From the NCBI GenBank assembly GCA_044344255.1, contig JBIJDH010000005.1:160001-224000 (forward strand): DNA of 64,000 bases, read 5' to 3'. Origin of the DNA: Myxococcota bacterium. Its GTDB lineage: Bacteria > Myxococcota_A > UBA796 > UBA2385. Shown piece by piece: positions 35,332 to 47,811 of this stretch. Under the pieces are notes generated by a model, which saw only the letters and a program-made list of their open reading frames with translations, was not told the origin of the DNA and searched no databases. The position numbers and the translations under genes were made by a program. How positions within the stretch are numbered: position 1 is the stretch's first letter; each line of letters starts with the position of its first letter.

Positions 35332-35967
35332 TCAACCTGCCCGGAGCCGGCGGCTCGTCTGGTAGAGGTAGATGGCGGGCACGAAGAAGGCGATCGCCTG
35401 CACCGGCCCCGCCACGTTCATCGGCGTGGCGATGGGGCTCTTCGCGATGGGGATGGTAGTGCCGGCGAGCCACTCGGCGGTGGTGCCGTAGGCGAAGTAT
35501 CGGTCGAGGGTGAGCCCCCAGAGGCCGAACCAGATGAAGAGCCCGGCCCCGAGCACGGCGAGCCCCCCGATCGTGCGGCCCCGCTGCAAGGCCGCGGCCG
35601 TCAGCGTGTGCCCGGCGAGCGCGGCCACGACGAGGCACACGCCGAAGAGGGCGTGCACGAAGCCGATCGGGGCCTGGGCGGCGGGCAGCAGGTAGGACAA
35701 CATCCAGTCGGGGGCGTAGAGGGCGAACCAGGTCACGCTCAGCCAGAAGAAGGCGGCGAAGCCCACGGCGGAGCGCGCGGAGGCGCCGAAGAGGTTGGGG
35801 GAGTCTGCGATCAGACGCCTCCGCCCGAGGAAGGCGAAGAGGCTCCCAGCGCAGAAGACAAAGGGTGGGTCGATGAGGAAGGTGACGCACCTCCAGCCGA
35901 GGATCCGGCGACAGCGGAATGTAACTCCATGCCCCCCGTCGCCGGGAGGGGCCCGGCCGGATGTCAT
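35332..35967 (-). CDS. Hypothetical membrane protein (about 5 TM); start uncertain
   Basis: Hydrophobic region FLIDPPFVF to VPAIYLY with G/C third-position bias. The nearest in-frame ATG is 35967, but the true start may be near 35880, after a GGAGG. Confidence 0.65.
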   Translation of the reverse strand: MTSGRAPPGDGGHGVTFRCRRILGWRCVTFLIDPPFVFCAGSLFAFLGRRRLIADSPNLFGASARSAVGFAAFFWLSVTWFALYAPDWMLSYLLPAAQAPIGFVHALFGVCLVVAALAGHTLTAAALQRGRTIGGLAVLGAGLFIWFGLWGLTLDRYFAYGTTAEWLAGTTIPIAKSPIATPMNVAGPVQAIAFFVPAIYLYQTSRRLRAG

Positions 35968-36051
35968 CTCGGTGGAGGGCTGCGGCCTTCTCCCAGGCCC
36001 TGCCGCGAGGGGCTCGCGGTTGGTTAGGATGGCGGCCCAAGGAGGGGTGCG

Positions 36052-37263
36052 ATGCGCGTGTTGTTGGTGGACAAGCTGGCGGTGACGGTGGTCTCCCGCC
36101 TGGAGGGCGCTGGCTGCACGGTCGTCGAGGAGCAGGGCGTCAAGGGCCCGGAGCTCACGGCGCGCCTCGCGGCCCTCGATCCCGATGTGCTCGTCGTGCG
36201 CTCGACCAAGGTCCTGGCCGAGCACCTCACGGCCGCGCCGTCGCTCTCGCTCGTGATCCGAGCCGGCGCCGGGGTCGACAACATCGAGATGGACACCGCG
36301 AACGCCCGCGGCATCTACGTCGCCAACTGCCCGGGGAAGAACGCGATCGCCGTCGCCGAGCTGGCCATGGGCCACCTCATCAACCTCGACCGCCGCATCA
36401 CCGACAACGTCACCGCCCTGCGCGCCCACCGCTGGGCCAAGTCTGACTTCAGCAAGGCGCGCGGCCTCTACGGGCGCACCCTCGCGGTGCTCGGCACCGG
36501 GGGCATCGGGCGGGAGCTGATCAAGCGCGCCCAGGCCTTCGGGATGATCGTGCGGGGCTGGGACAAGGCGCTCGACCCCCGCACCGCCGCCGCCCTCGGC
36601 ATCCAGCACTGCGCGACCGCCCGCGAGGCCTGCAAGGGGGCCGACGCCCTCAGCGTGCACCTCGCGCTCACGCCGGAGACCCGCGGCCTCATCGGCGCCG
36701 AGCACTTCGAGGCGCTGCGCCCCGGCGCCTACTTCATCAACACCTCCCGGGGTGAGGTCGTAGACCAGGACGCGCTGCTGGCGGCCGTCCGCTCCCGCGG
36801 CCTGCGGGCTGGCCTCGACGTCTTCGCCGTGGAGCCCGCCAAGGATGGGCCCTACACCGAGCCCATCGCCGATGAGCCCAACGTCTACGGCACACACCAC
36901 ATCGGCGCTTCGACCGATCAGGCCAGCGACGCGGTCGCCGACGAGGTCATCCGCATCATCGAGGTCTGGCTCTCCTCGGGGCGGGTCGAGAACTGCGTGA
37001 ACCTCGAGAGCTCACCCCCGGCCACCCACCTCCTCGTCATCCGCCACGCTGACCGCGTGGGGGTGCTCGCCACCGTGCTCGGCCACCTCCGCGAGGCCGG
37101 CTGCTCGGTGCAGAACATGGAGAACATCGTCTTCAAGGGCGCCGCCGCCGCCTGCGCCCGCATTCAGCTCGATCGCGCCCCCTCCTACGCGCACCTCGCG
37201 CGGATCAAGGAGTCGGCCGACATCTTCGCCACCTCCCTCGTCGCCCTGGAGAGCTCACGATGA
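36052..37263 (+). CDS. serA: D-3-phosphoglycerate dehydrogenase with ACT domain
   Basis: RAGAGVDNI, NAIAVAEL, GTGGIG, INTSRG, LDVF..EP, HIGAST; C-terminal ACT domain; coupled to serC. Confidence 0.9.
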   Translation: MRVLLVDKLAVTVVSRLEGAGCTVVEEQGVKGPELTARLAALDPDVLVVRSTKVLAEHLTAAPSLSLVIRAGAGVDNIEMDTANARGIYVANCPGKNAIAVAELAMGHLINLDRRITDNVTALRAHRWAKSDFSKARGLYGRTLAVLGTGGIGRELIKRAQAFGMIVRGWDKALDPRTAAALGIQHCATAREACKGADALSVHLALTPETRGLIGAEHFEALRPGAYFINTSRGEVVDQDALLAAVRSRGLRAGLDVFAVEPAKDGPYTEPIADEPNVYGTHHIGASTDQASDAVADEVIRIIEVWLSSGRVENCVNLESSPPATHLLVIRHADRVGVLATVLGHLREAGCSVQNMENIVFKGAAAACARIQLDRAPSYAHLARIKESADIFATSLVALESSR

Positions 37264-38360
37264 GCCGCGCCCACAACTTCTCTGCTGGCCCCGCCGTGAT
37301 GCCGCTCTCCGTAGTGGAGGAGCTGGCCGCTGCCCTCCCCGAATTCGGCGACACCCGCCTCGGGCTCATGGAGCTCTCCCACCGGAGCAAGGCCTTTGAG
37401 GCGGTGGTGGCGAGCGCGCAAGCGCGCATGCGCCGCATCCTGGGCATCCCGCAGGACTACCGCATCCTCTTCCTCCAGGGCGGGGCCAGCCTCCAGTTCT
37501 ATATGCTGGCCCTGAACCTCGCCCTCCCCGGTGAGAAGACGGACTACATCGTGACCGGCACCTGGGCGACGAAGGCCCTCGAAGAGGCCCGCCGCTGCAG
37601 CGACGCCGCGGGCATCTGGACTGGAAAATCCGCCAAGTTCAATCACCTGCCCTCTCACGGCGAGGTCACCCCCCGCGAGGGCAGCGTCTACACCCATTAC
37701 ACGACCAACAATACGATCTACGGCACCCAGTTCCCCGGGCCCCCGGCGGTCGAGGGTCGGCTCCTCGCCGATATGTCGAGTGACATCGCCAGTCGGCCGA
37801 TCGACGTCTCCCGCCACGAGCTCATCTATGCGGGCGCCCAGAAGAACCTCGGCCCCTCCGGCGTCATCGCGGTCATCCTGTCGCCCTGGGCCCTCGAGCG
37901 GAGCAAGCTCGCGAACGCCGCCCGCCCGGGTGGGCTCCCCGCCATGCTCGATTATAACGTGCAAGCGGAGAATGACTCCCTCTACAATACCCCCAACACC
38001 TTCGGCATCTATGCGCTGGAGCGGGTGCTCGCCTGGATCGAGGCGGAGGGAGGTCTGTCGGTGATCGCCGCGCGAAACACCGAGAAGGCCAATCTGCTCT
38101 ATGCCGAGCTCGACCGGAGCGGCTTCTGGCGGCCCCATGTGGCCGGAGAGGTCCGCTCCCAGATGAACATCCCCTGGCGGCTCCCCACCGAGGCGCTGGA
38201 GGACCAGTTCGTGAAGGAGGCGGAGGCCGCCGGGCTCAAGGGGCTGAAGGGCCACCGCTCGGTGGGGGGCCTGCGGGCCAGCCTCTACAACGCCTGCCCG
38301 GTGGAGAGCGTGGCGGCGCTGGTGGGCTTCATGCAGGACTTCGAGCGGAAGAACGGCTGA
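37260..38360 (+). CDS. serC: Phosphoserine aminotransferase
   Basis: HNFSAGP, MELSHRS, LQGGAS, DMSSD, YAGAQKNLGPSG, YNTP, GHRSVGG.RASLYN. Confidence 0.97.
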   Translation: MSRAHNFSAGPAVMPLSVVEELAAALPEFGDTRLGLMELSHRSKAFEAVVASAQARMRRILGIPQDYRILFLQGGASLQFYMLALNLALPGEKTDYIVTGTWATKALEEARRCSDAAGIWTGKSAKFNHLPSHGEVTPREGSVYTHYTTNNTIYGTQFPGPPAVEGRLLADMSSDIASRPIDVSRHELIYAGAQKNLGPSGVIAVILSPWALERSKLANAARPGGLPAMLDYNVQAENDSLYNTPNTFGIYALERVLAWIEAEGGLSVIAARNTEKANLLYAELDRSGFWRPHVAGEVRSQMNIPWRLPTEALEDQFVKEAEAAGLKGLKGHRSVGGLRASLYNACPVESVAALVGFMQDFERKNG

Positions 38361-38386
38361 GCATCAGGCGGCCCCCTGCGGGCCCC

Positions 38387-40282
<1,896 letters not shown>

Positions 40283-40464
40283 GGCGGCGGTGTATCCCGC
40301 CCGAGGGCGGCGCTCCCCTCCGCCGTCGACGGCCGGCCTCGGCCTCCCTCGCGGTGGGCGCTGCCCCCTCTTTCGCGATAGCGGAGGGGCCCTCTCTCGG
40401 ACGCCCTTTGACCCAGACGCCCGCGCCCCTCCCGGCCCCGCCCGCTCCGCCCCGCCTCCCCCCT

Positions 40465-41685
40465 GTGGTGTACGCGCTCGTCTTCCTCGGGTTGCTGCTC
40501 GCGCTCGCGGCCGGAACCGCCCGGTATTACGGGCTCGAGCCCGCCGATGCGTCGCTGCGCGCCGGCAACCCGGCGAGCCGGGCCTACCTCGCCAATGACG
40601 TGCCGAGCCTGAAGGTGACCGACCTCGGCCCGCGAAAGTGGAAGATCATCAACGTCCACGAGCACCTGCGCGACATGGCCGAGGCCGAGCGCCTGCTCCG
40701 CCACATGGACGCCCTCGGCGTGCAGCGCACCTGCCTGCTCGGGGCCTCGAAGTACACCTTCACGCTCGACAAGCAGTACGGGTTTGAAGAGTTCGAGGCC
40801 AACAATCAGGAGCTCCTCAAGATCAAGGCGCGCTGGCCCGATCGGTACTGCGCCTTCATCACCTTTGACCCCGGGCAGGGCGTTGACCTCCCCCGGCTCC
40901 AGGCCGCCTTCCGCGACGGCGCAGACGGCGTGAAGCTGTTCCTCGGGCACGGCGAGAGCCACGGCAAGGGCCCCTTCCACGACATGCCCCTGGACGACCC
41001 GCGCATGGAGCCCGTCTATGTCTGGCTGGAGGCCGAGCAGATCCCCATCGTCTACCATGTGAACCTGAAGAAATACTGGGATGAGTTCCTCCGGGTGATG
41101 GAGGCGCACCCCTACCTGCGCGTGGACATCGCGCACTTCGGGCTCCAGAAGGGCACCGCCGAGCGCCTCGCCCGCCTGGGCTTCCTCCTCGACCGGTACC
41201 CCAACGTCTACTCTGACATCAGCTTCGGTCATTACTCCTTTCAGTCCGAGGGCTTCGAGGCCCTGGCGAAGTGGCGCTCGCGAAGCCACACCTACCTTCG
41301 TCGGTATCAGCACAAGATGCTGTTCGCCTCCGATATGGTGCTCGAGCCCACGAAGACAGAGGACTACATCTCCGATACGATGCGCGCCTACATGCAGCTC
41401 ATCGAGTCGAAGCAGTTCCGCTTCTTCCTTCTGCCGGAGAAGACGATGCACGGCCTCGAGCTTGGAGACGAGGCCCTCCGTTCGATCTACGAGACGAGCC
41501 CCGCGGCCTTCCTCTTGCTCGACGCGGAGGGGCGCCTCCCGGACCGCCGCGCCGGCTGGCCGGTCGCCGGTCTCCCCGAGCCGCCGCGCCCCCCGATCCC
41601 TCCGCTCTCGTCGGTCACCGTGCCGGCCATCTCCTCGCCTTCGTCCCCCGCTGCCGAGCCGGCATCCCCCCCGAGCGCAGAGTGA
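40465..41685 (+). CDS. Exported amidohydrolase-family (TIM barrel) protein; start uncertain
   Basis: N-terminal TM/signal; INVHEH, GVKL, YHVN, AHFG, FASD metal-ligand pattern. Confidence 0.8.
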   Translation: MVYALVFLGLLLALAAGTARYYGLEPADASLRAGNPASRAYLANDVPSLKVTDLGPRKWKIINVHEHLRDMAEAERLLRHMDALGVQRTCLLGASKYTFTLDKQYGFEEFEANNQELLKIKARWPDRYCAFITFDPGQGVDLPRLQAAFRDGADGVKLFLGHGESHGKGPFHDMPLDDPRMEPVYVWLEAEQIPIVYHVNLKKYWDEFLRVMEAHPYLRVDIAHFGLQKGTAERLARLGFLLDRYPNVYSDISFGHYSFQSEGFEALAKWRSRSHTYLRRYQHKMLFASDMVLEPTKTEDYISDTMRAYMQLIESKQFRFFLLPEKTMHGLELGDEALRSIYETSPAAFLLLDAEGRLPDRRAGWPVAGLPEPPRPPIPPLSSVTVPAISSPSSPAAEPASPPSAE

Positions 41686-41706
41686 AGAACACCAGTGAAG
41701 AAACCC

Positions 41707-42996
41707 ATGGGACTCAGCCTGCTCCTCAGCCTCTTCTTCGCCTGCTCCGGGGACCCGGCCAAGGCCCCTCCTCCCGCCGAGGGGCGGGCCGAAGCCCCGG
41801 AGAAGGGTGAGGAGGGGGGGCTCGCGCAGACGGTCGGGGAGGACGCAGAGGGCGCGCCCGCCTCGCTCCCCAAGGCGGCCAAGGTGGAGAGCAGCGCCGC
41901 GCTCCGGGCCGTCCAGGCGGAGAACGCGGCGCTCCGGCGAGAGCTGGCGACCGGCTCGCGGCCCGACCCCTACGCCAGCCTCGGCCTCGTCAACGCGCAT
42001 GAGCACCTCTATGCCACCAAGCACCTCGACCGGTACCTCGAGGCCGCGCGGCGGAGCGGGGTGTCCTCGACCATCTTCGTAGCCAGCCCGGCCTTCACCC
42101 TCGAGGGCTCGGGCCCGAAGGGGGAGCCGGGCATGTCGGACAACTTCGACGAGATCATGGTCGCCGCGGCCGAGCACCCCGGCGAGGTCATCCCCTTTTG
42201 CACCATCGACCCCGCCGATCCCGACCGCCTCGATCGCCTCAAACGGCACGTCGCGGCCGGCGCGAAGGGCGTCAAGCTCTACTCGGGCCACTCGAACCTC
42301 TCGGCCGGTCCCCTCAATTCCCCAGAGATGGAGCCCGTGTACGCCTATCTGGAGGAGACGGGCCTGCCCGTGAATTGGCACGTCAACGTGCTCAAGTACG
42401 GCGAGCAGCTCGAGGCCGTGCTCGACGCCCACCCCAAGCTCAACGTGATGGTGCCCCATTACGGGGTCACCTTCTGGAAGCCCCGGGACGGGGGCCTCGA
42501 GCGCTTCAAGCGGATGATGAGCGAACACCCCAACCTCTATACGGACTCGAGCCTCGGAACGCGGGAGATATTGCTGAAGGGCCTCGCGGTGATGGAGCAG
42601 GATCCATCGATCTTTCTCGACCTCTTCCGATCCTTCCCCGACCGCATCGTCTGGGGCACAGACTCCGTCGTCACGGGCAACAGCGAGAAGACGCCGGCCT
42701 GGTACAGCACGGTGATCTGGGCCACGCGGGACCAGCTCGAGCAGGAGGTCTTCACGACCCCCCTCGGCGCCGGGTGGAGCCGCTATTACCAGAGCGGCCG
42801 CGACGGCGACGGTCGTTATAAGGGCTTGAAGCTCGATCCGGAGACCCTTCGTAAGGTGTATCGGGACAACGCGGTGGCCTGGCTGCGCATCCCGCTCCCG
42901 GCGCCAGCCGCCGCGCCAGCGATCTCACCTGCGGCGCAGACGGCTGGCGAGGTGACCCCGCCCCCTGCGGCGACGGGCGCTCCCTCGGCGCGTTAA
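41707..42996 (+). CDS. Amidohydrolase-family lipoprotein
   Basis: Lipobox FFAC; VNAHEH, GVKL, WHVN, PHYG, WGTD; paralogous to the upstream gene. Confidence 0.82.
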   Translation: MGLSLLLSLFFACSGDPAKAPPPAEGRAEAPEKGEEGGLAQTVGEDAEGAPASLPKAAKVESSAALRAVQAENAALRRELATGSRPDPYASLGLVNAHEHLYATKHLDRYLEAARRSGVSSTIFVASPAFTLEGSGPKGEPGMSDNFDEIMVAAAEHPGEVIPFCTIDPADPDRLDRLKRHVAAGAKGVKLYSGHSNLSAGPLNSPEMEPVYAYLEETGLPVNWHVNVLKYGEQLEAVLDAHPKLNVMVPHYGVTFWKPRDGGLERFKRMMSEHPNLYTDSSLGTREILLKGLAVMEQDPSIFLDLFRSFPDRIVWGTDSVVTGNSEKTPAWYSTVIWATRDQLEQEVFTTPLGAGWSRYYQSGRDGDGRYKGLKLDPETLRKVYRDNAVAWLRIPLPAPAAAPAISPAAQTAGEVTPPPAATGAPSAR

Positions 42997-43033
42997 CTGC
43001 GGCGGCCCGCGCGCTCTGCGGGAGGGAGCGCCG

Positions 43034-44578
43034 ATGGACATCCCCTGGAACGTCAGCCGTGAGGTCACCGAGGGCGTGAAGATCTGGCTCCTGGGCGGTG
43101 GGCTCGGCCTCCTCTTGGCCTGGTGGTGGCTCCCGCGGCGGATCGGCCGGGGGCTGCTCGCCCTGCTCGCGGTGGTGGCGACCCTCAACTATTCGCGCTG
43201 GGGGCCCGACACCCCCTTCAAGAAGGTCGACCCCTACGACCTCATCCACTACTACCTGAACGCCAAGTATTTTGACGAGCTCGGGTATTACGATCTCTAT
43301 CCGGCCTGTCTTCTGGCGGACGCCGAGAACGGCGGGCCCTTCTTCCCGAAGCAGGGCTCCGTCTACATGGCCCAAAATGAGGCCGGTCACGGGAAGCTGC
43401 CGATCGAGCAGGGCATCGAGGCGGGCCGCGCGCTGCGGGCGAGCCGCTTCACACCGGAGCGCTGGGCGTCCTTCGAGCATGACTTCTTGCACCTCCAGCG
43501 CGAAGAGGGGGGTCTGACGAACAGCGTCTGGCGGGAGCTCATCCAAGATCACGGCTTCAACGGCACCCCCGCCTGGACCTTCGTGGCCCGGCCCATCGCG
43601 TCGGCGGTGCCGGTCGAGTATGTCAAGGCGCTCGGCTACATCGATCTCGGGCTGCTGTTCGCGGGGATCGGCGCGGTGGCCTGGGCCTATGGAGCGGACG
43701 CCGCGCTCTGGTCTTGGGCCTTCCTGATGATGAGCTACTCCTTACGGTGGCCCACCATCACCTGGGCCTTCCTCCGCTACGACTACGTGGCGGCCTTGCT
43801 CATCGGCCTCTCGGCGGTGAGGCGGGGCTGGTACTTCGTGGGTGGGCTGATGACCGGCTGGGCGGCGACGCTCCGCCTCTTCCCCGCGATGTGGCTCTTC
43901 GGGCCGGGCGCCAAGGGCTTCGCCGGCCTCGCCGGGCGGAGGGTGCACAAGCAGCTCCTCGTGCTGCTGGCGGGCTTCGTCGTCTCGACGGCGGTGATGG
44001 AGGGGCTGAGCGTCCTCTCGCTCGGCGTGGACACCGCGGTCACCCACCTCGAGAACATGGAGGACCACAACAAGGCCGAGAAGCTCTCCTCCCGCCGGAT
44101 CGGCCTCGCGCTCGGCCTTGCCTTCACCGGGGACCTCCTCCCCAAGAACATCGAGCCCGCCCGAAAGGACCTCATCGAGCGCCAGAAGCCTGTTCGTTTC
44201 GGTATTTCGGCGATCATCCTCGCCGCGCTCGGCTGGGGGCTGCGGAAGGCGGACGACGACGAGGCCTATGCCTTCGGGTTCATCCCCTTCTTCCTGCTCA
44301 CCACGGCCAGCTATTACTACTATGTCGTGCGGGTGGTGCTCGTGGCGATGCACGCGGGCGACCTGCGCAAGCCCAGGAACGTGGTCGGCCTCGCGATGCT
44401 GCTCGGCGTCGAGCTCTTCAGCAACGCGGCCGAGATCTACCTCCCTGGCCACCGCGTCTTCCTCATCGGCGGCACGGCCTGGGCGCTGACCGCCTACGCC
44501 GTGGTGATGTCGGTCTGGTTCCTCATGGACTCCCGGCGAGCAGGGCTGGAGCCGGCGGCGGATCGGCCAGGGCCGTGA
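43034..44578 (+). CDS. Polytopic membrane protein, possibly a GT-C-fold glycosyltransferase
   Basis: Many TMs with a large first extracytoplasmic loop (YDLIHYYLNAKYFDELGY, DHGFNGTP); LRLFP motif. Confidence 0.6.
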   Translation: MDIPWNVSREVTEGVKIWLLGGGLGLLLAWWWLPRRIGRGLLALLAVVATLNYSRWGPDTPFKKVDPYDLIHYYLNAKYFDELGYYDLYPACLLADAENGGPFFPKQGSVYMAQNEAGHGKLPIEQGIEAGRALRASRFTPERWASFEHDFLHLQREEGGLTNSVWRELIQDHGFNGTPAWTFVARPIASAVPVEYVKALGYIDLGLLFAGIGAVAWAYGADAALWSWAFLMMSYSLRWPTITWAFLRYDYVAALLIGLSAVRRGWYFVGGLMTGWAATLRLFPAMWLFGPGAKGFAGLAGRRVHKQLLVLLAGFVVSTAVMEGLSVLSLGVDTAVTHLENMEDHNKAEKLSSRRIGLALGLAFTGDLLPKNIEPARKDLIERQKPVRFGISAIILAALGWGLRKADDDEAYAFGFIPFFLLTTASYYYYVVRVVLVAMHAGDLRKPRNVVGLAMLLGVELFSNAAEIYLPGHRVFLIGGTAWALTAYAVVMSVWFLMDSRRAGLEPAADRPGP

Positions 44579-45452
44579 GGCTCAGGCGGACGAGGCTGAT
44601 CCAGACGAGGTCGGCCACGAGCAGATGGGTGATCTGCAGGCTGGCGGGCACGAGCAGGGCGAGGTTCGTGAAGCCGACCCCGATCTGGGTGAGGTAGAGC
44701 AGGCCGAAGATCAGCGCCGCCCGGCGGCAGTGTGGCCGGTGCACCGCCACGAAGAGGGCGGCCAACAGCACGAAGAGGCCGGTGCCGAGCGCGCCGAGCG
44801 GGTGGAGCACCCGGAGGCGGATGAGGAAGTGCGCGGTGGGGGAGAGGTCCTGCGCTACCCCTTCGGCGAGGCTGGCGGCGGGGAAGAGGGTGTCTCCGAG
44901 CGCGGTGATCGCCCCGCTCACGCCGAGGGCCATCAGCGCCAGCAGGGCGAGGCCGAGGCCCAGCGCGAGGAGCGGCTGGCGGCCGATGCGGGGCGCGCTC
45001 TTTCCACCGGCCCAGAGCGCGGTCACCGTGTATGCGCCGATGAGGAGGAAGGTGTTGACGAGGTGGATGGCCATCACGATCGCGCGGGCGACGGAGTCAT
45101 CCTTGGCGACTAAGCCCTGAAGCACGAGCAGGGCGCCCACTCCGGCCTCGGCCACCATGAAGCCCATGCAGGCCCAGGCCCCGCGCCGGACGAGGCTGCC
45201 CGCGGGGGCCACCCGTCGCGCCCAGGCGACCTGCACCACTGTCATCAACAGGACGAGCCCGCTCGTCACCCGGTGGGTGAGCTCGATGACCGTCTCCGCC
45301 GCCGGATCCCGAGGAAGCACCTGACCATTACACAGGGGCCAGTGCTCTCCACAGCCGGCGCCGGAGCCGCTCACGCGGACCCAGGCACCCCAGAGGATGA
45401 CGAGGAGGTTGGCGGCGAGCAGGAGCCAGGCATAGGCGCGGAAGCGGGACAT
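44523..45452 (-). CDS. ctaA: Heme A synthase (COX15/CtaA family)
   Basis: GAWVRVSGSGAGC..HWPLC, IELTHR and further conserved His in TMs; 8 TM. Confidence 0.9.
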   Translation of the reverse strand: MSRFRAYAWLLLAANLLVILWGAWVRVSGSGAGCGEHWPLCNGQVLPRDPAAETVIELTHRVTSGLVLLMTVVQVAWARRVAPAGSLVRRGAWACMGFMVAEAGVGALLVLQGLVAKDDSVARAIVMAIHLVNTFLLIGAYTVTALWAGGKSAPRIGRQPLLALGLGLALLALMALGVSGAITALGDTLFPAASLAEGVAQDLSPTAHFLIRLRVLHPLGALGTGLFVLLAALFVAVHRPHCRRAALIFGLLYLTQIGVGFTNLALLVPASLQITHLLVADLVWISLVRLSLTALADPPPAPALLAGSP

Positions 45453-45601
45453 GGGGCGGCTGTATCGCTCTGGTGACGGAGCGTCCCGCCGGCTTGCCAG
45501 CCGCGGGAGGCGCGGGGTAGGACGCTCGCCCCTCCGCGCCCCAACATCCGCCTCCCCGGCGGAGCTGGGCGCGGGCGACGAGATCTGCATCGGAGTCTGT
45601 G

Positions 45602-47062
45602 ATGGCCGTGCCTACCAAGAAGAGCCGCAAGCCCAGCGCGAAGAAGTCCCCCTCCACCGTCGACGCTGCGGTTGAGTCCCCGGTCGTCGAGTCCCAGGTC
45701 GTCGAGGCGCCGGAGGAGGCCGCGGCCGTCAGCCAGCCGGCCGAGGTCGAGGCCCCGCCCGCCGCGCCGCAGCCCACCCTGCACCAGACCAAGCGCATCG
45801 GCCTCTCGCTCGGCGCCGACATCTGCTGGGCGGGCTCGTACGAAGAGATCTTGAAGCGGCTCAACCTGCGGATGGAGCTCGGGCACCGGGTGGTCGACCT
45901 CGTCACCGAGCGGTTGACCGTCGAGCCCTATGATCTGAAGCAGCCCGTTCGGTACGACGTGGTGATCGACCGGCTGACCCACTGGTTCCACACCAGCCGC
46001 GAGTGGATCAAGAAGGCCGTCATCATGGACGGTCTCTACGTGCTCAACAACCCCTGGGCCATCCAGGGCTACGAGAAGCACACCACTTACGCCGCGATGA
46101 TGAAGCTCGGGCTCAACGTGCCCGAGACCTGGATGATCCCGCCGAAGGAGCGGGTGGACCACCCCGACGTCGGCCGCCTGATGAACGCCTACGGCCGCCC
46201 CTTCGACGTCGCCGAGGTGGGCCGAAAGGTGGGCTACCCCTGCTTCATCAAGCCCTATGACGGCGGCGCCTGGGTGGGCGTCACCCGGGTCAAGAACGAC
46301 GCCGACCTCCGCAAGGCGTACAATGAGAGCGGCCAGCGGATCATGCACCTCCAGGCGAGCGTGGAGAACTACGATCTGTTCGTGCGCACCGTCGGCATCG
46401 GGCCCCAGTGCCAGGTGATGAAGTACGATCCCACGGCGCCGCTGCACGCCCGCTACGAGGTCGCCTTCAACTTTGTGAACGGTGCAGAGGAGTGGCAGCT
46501 CCTGGTCGATCAGATGATGACGATCAACAGCTTCTTCGGCTGGGAATTCAACTCCTGCGAGAGCTTGCGCAAGGACGGGGTCTATTACCCGATCGACTTT
46601 GCCAACGCCTGCCCGGACTTCCAGGTCACGAGCCTGCACTTCTACTTCCCGAACCTCGTCAAGGACATGCTCCGCTGGTCGATCTTCTGCGCCGCCACCG
46701 AGCGCAAGATGCAGATGAACCAGGACTGGACACCGTACTACGCGGTGGCCAAGAAGGATCTCCCCTTCCGCGAGCGCCTCTCCGAGTACGCGCGGATCGG
46801 CCGCGAGCGTCTGGAGGCCGATCGGTTCCAGGACTTCTGCGATCAGCACCTCGGCCACCTCGACGAGGTCGTCTGGGAGTTCTTCGGCACGCCGCGGGCC
46901 CACGAGCTCGTGCGGGAGAAGGTCACCGCCCTCTTCCCGGCCCATGAGGTGGACAAGTTTACGGCCCACTACTGGGGCCTCCTCAAGTTCTGGCGCCGCA
47001 CCGAAGCCGATCGCCTCGCTGCGGCGGGCAAGCCGGTCGACGGGCGCGTGATCGGAGCCTGA
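45602..47062 (+). CDS. ATP-grasp (RimK-like) carboxylate-amine ligase
   Basis: VIDRLTHW, VLNNP, LGLNVPETW.IP.K, GYP.FIKPYDGGAW..V, IDFAN.CPD; low-complexity N-terminus. Confidence 0.82.
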   Translation: MAVPTKKSRKPSAKKSPSTVDAAVESPVVESQVVEAPEEAAAVSQPAEVEAPPAAPQPTLHQTKRIGLSLGADICWAGSYEEILKRLNLRMELGHRVVDLVTERLTVEPYDLKQPVRYDVVIDRLTHWFHTSREWIKKAVIMDGLYVLNNPWAIQGYEKHTTYAAMMKLGLNVPETWMIPPKERVDHPDVGRLMNAYGRPFDVAEVGRKVGYPCFIKPYDGGAWVGVTRVKNDADLRKAYNESGQRIMHLQASVENYDLFVRTVGIGPQCQVMKYDPTAPLHARYEVAFNFVNGAEEWQLLVDQMMTINSFFGWEFNSCESLRKDGVYYPIDFANACPDFQVTSLHFYFPNLVKDMLRWSIFCAATERKMQMNQDWTPYYAVAKKDLPFRERLSEYARIGRERLEADRFQDFCDQHLGHLDEVVWEFFGTPRAHELVREKVTALFPAHEVDKFTAHYWGLLKFWRRTEADRLAAAGKPVDGRVIGA

Positions 47063-47063
47063 G

Positions 47064-47807
47064 ATGGACAAACGTTCTGGGAGCTGGCGCTCTCCTCACC
47101 TCGATCGTGAGGTGCTCATCGCGCGGTGGGGCCACGCCGGGCAGCCCGTGCTGCTCTTCCCCACCTGCGGCGGCGACGCCGAAGAGTGCGAGCGCTTCTT
47201 GATGATCAAGGTGCTCAGCCCGCTCATCGAGGCGGGCCGCATCCGGGTCTTCTCGGTCGACAGCGTGTCGGGCCCTGTGTGGATCGATGATGAGGTCGGG
47301 CCGGTCGAGAAGGCCAAGACCCAGACCCGCTTCGACCGCTTCCTCTACCGGGAGCTGGTCCCGCTCATCCAGCGGGAGAGCGGGGCCGATGGGGCGGCGG
47401 CGGGTGGCATCATCACCGCGGGGGCCTCGATCGGGGCCTTCAACGCGGTGGCGACCCTCTGCCGGCACCCCGACGCCTTCCGGGGCGCGGTGGGGATGAG
47501 CGGCACCTATGACCTCAGCGGGTGGATGAACGGGGTCTACACCTACGACTTCCACGTCTCCTCACCGCTGCACTTCGTGCCGCAGCTCCCCGATGGTGAT
47601 CAGCTGCGCGCCCTGCGCGAGCGGATGGTCTACCTCGTCGTCGGAGAGGGTCGGTGGGAGCGCCCGAACAACTCCTGGGCCATGGGCGCGGCCCTCGGCG
47701 CCAAGGGTGTGCCCAACCGGGTGGACTTCTGGGGCCAGGAGCACGATCATGACTGGGTGTCTTGGCGGGCCCAGCTCCCGCATTACCTCGACCTCATGAC
47801 CCGGTAG
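47064..47807 (+). CDS. Alpha/beta-hydrolase (esterase family)
   Basis: WGHAGQPVLLFPT, GASIG nucleophile, MSGTYD, HDHDW..W. Confidence 0.88.
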   Translation: MDKRSGSWRSPHLDREVLIARWGHAGQPVLLFPTCGGDAEECERFLMIKVLSPLIEAGRIRVFSVDSVSGPVWIDDEVGPVEKAKTQTRFDRFLYRELVPLIQRESGADGAAAGGIITAGASIGAFNAVATLCRHPDAFRGAVGMSGTYDLSGWMNGVYTYDFHVSSPLHFVPQLPDGDQLRALRERMVYLVVGEGRWERPNNSWAMGAALGAKGVPNRVDFWGQEHDHDWVSWRAQLPHYLDLMTR

Positions 47808-47811
47808 GCCG

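Noticed and set aside
44523..44578. 56-bp convergent overlap between the membrane protein gene and ctaA
   Set aside because: Both tails are low-complexity; such overlaps are common in GC-rich genomes.
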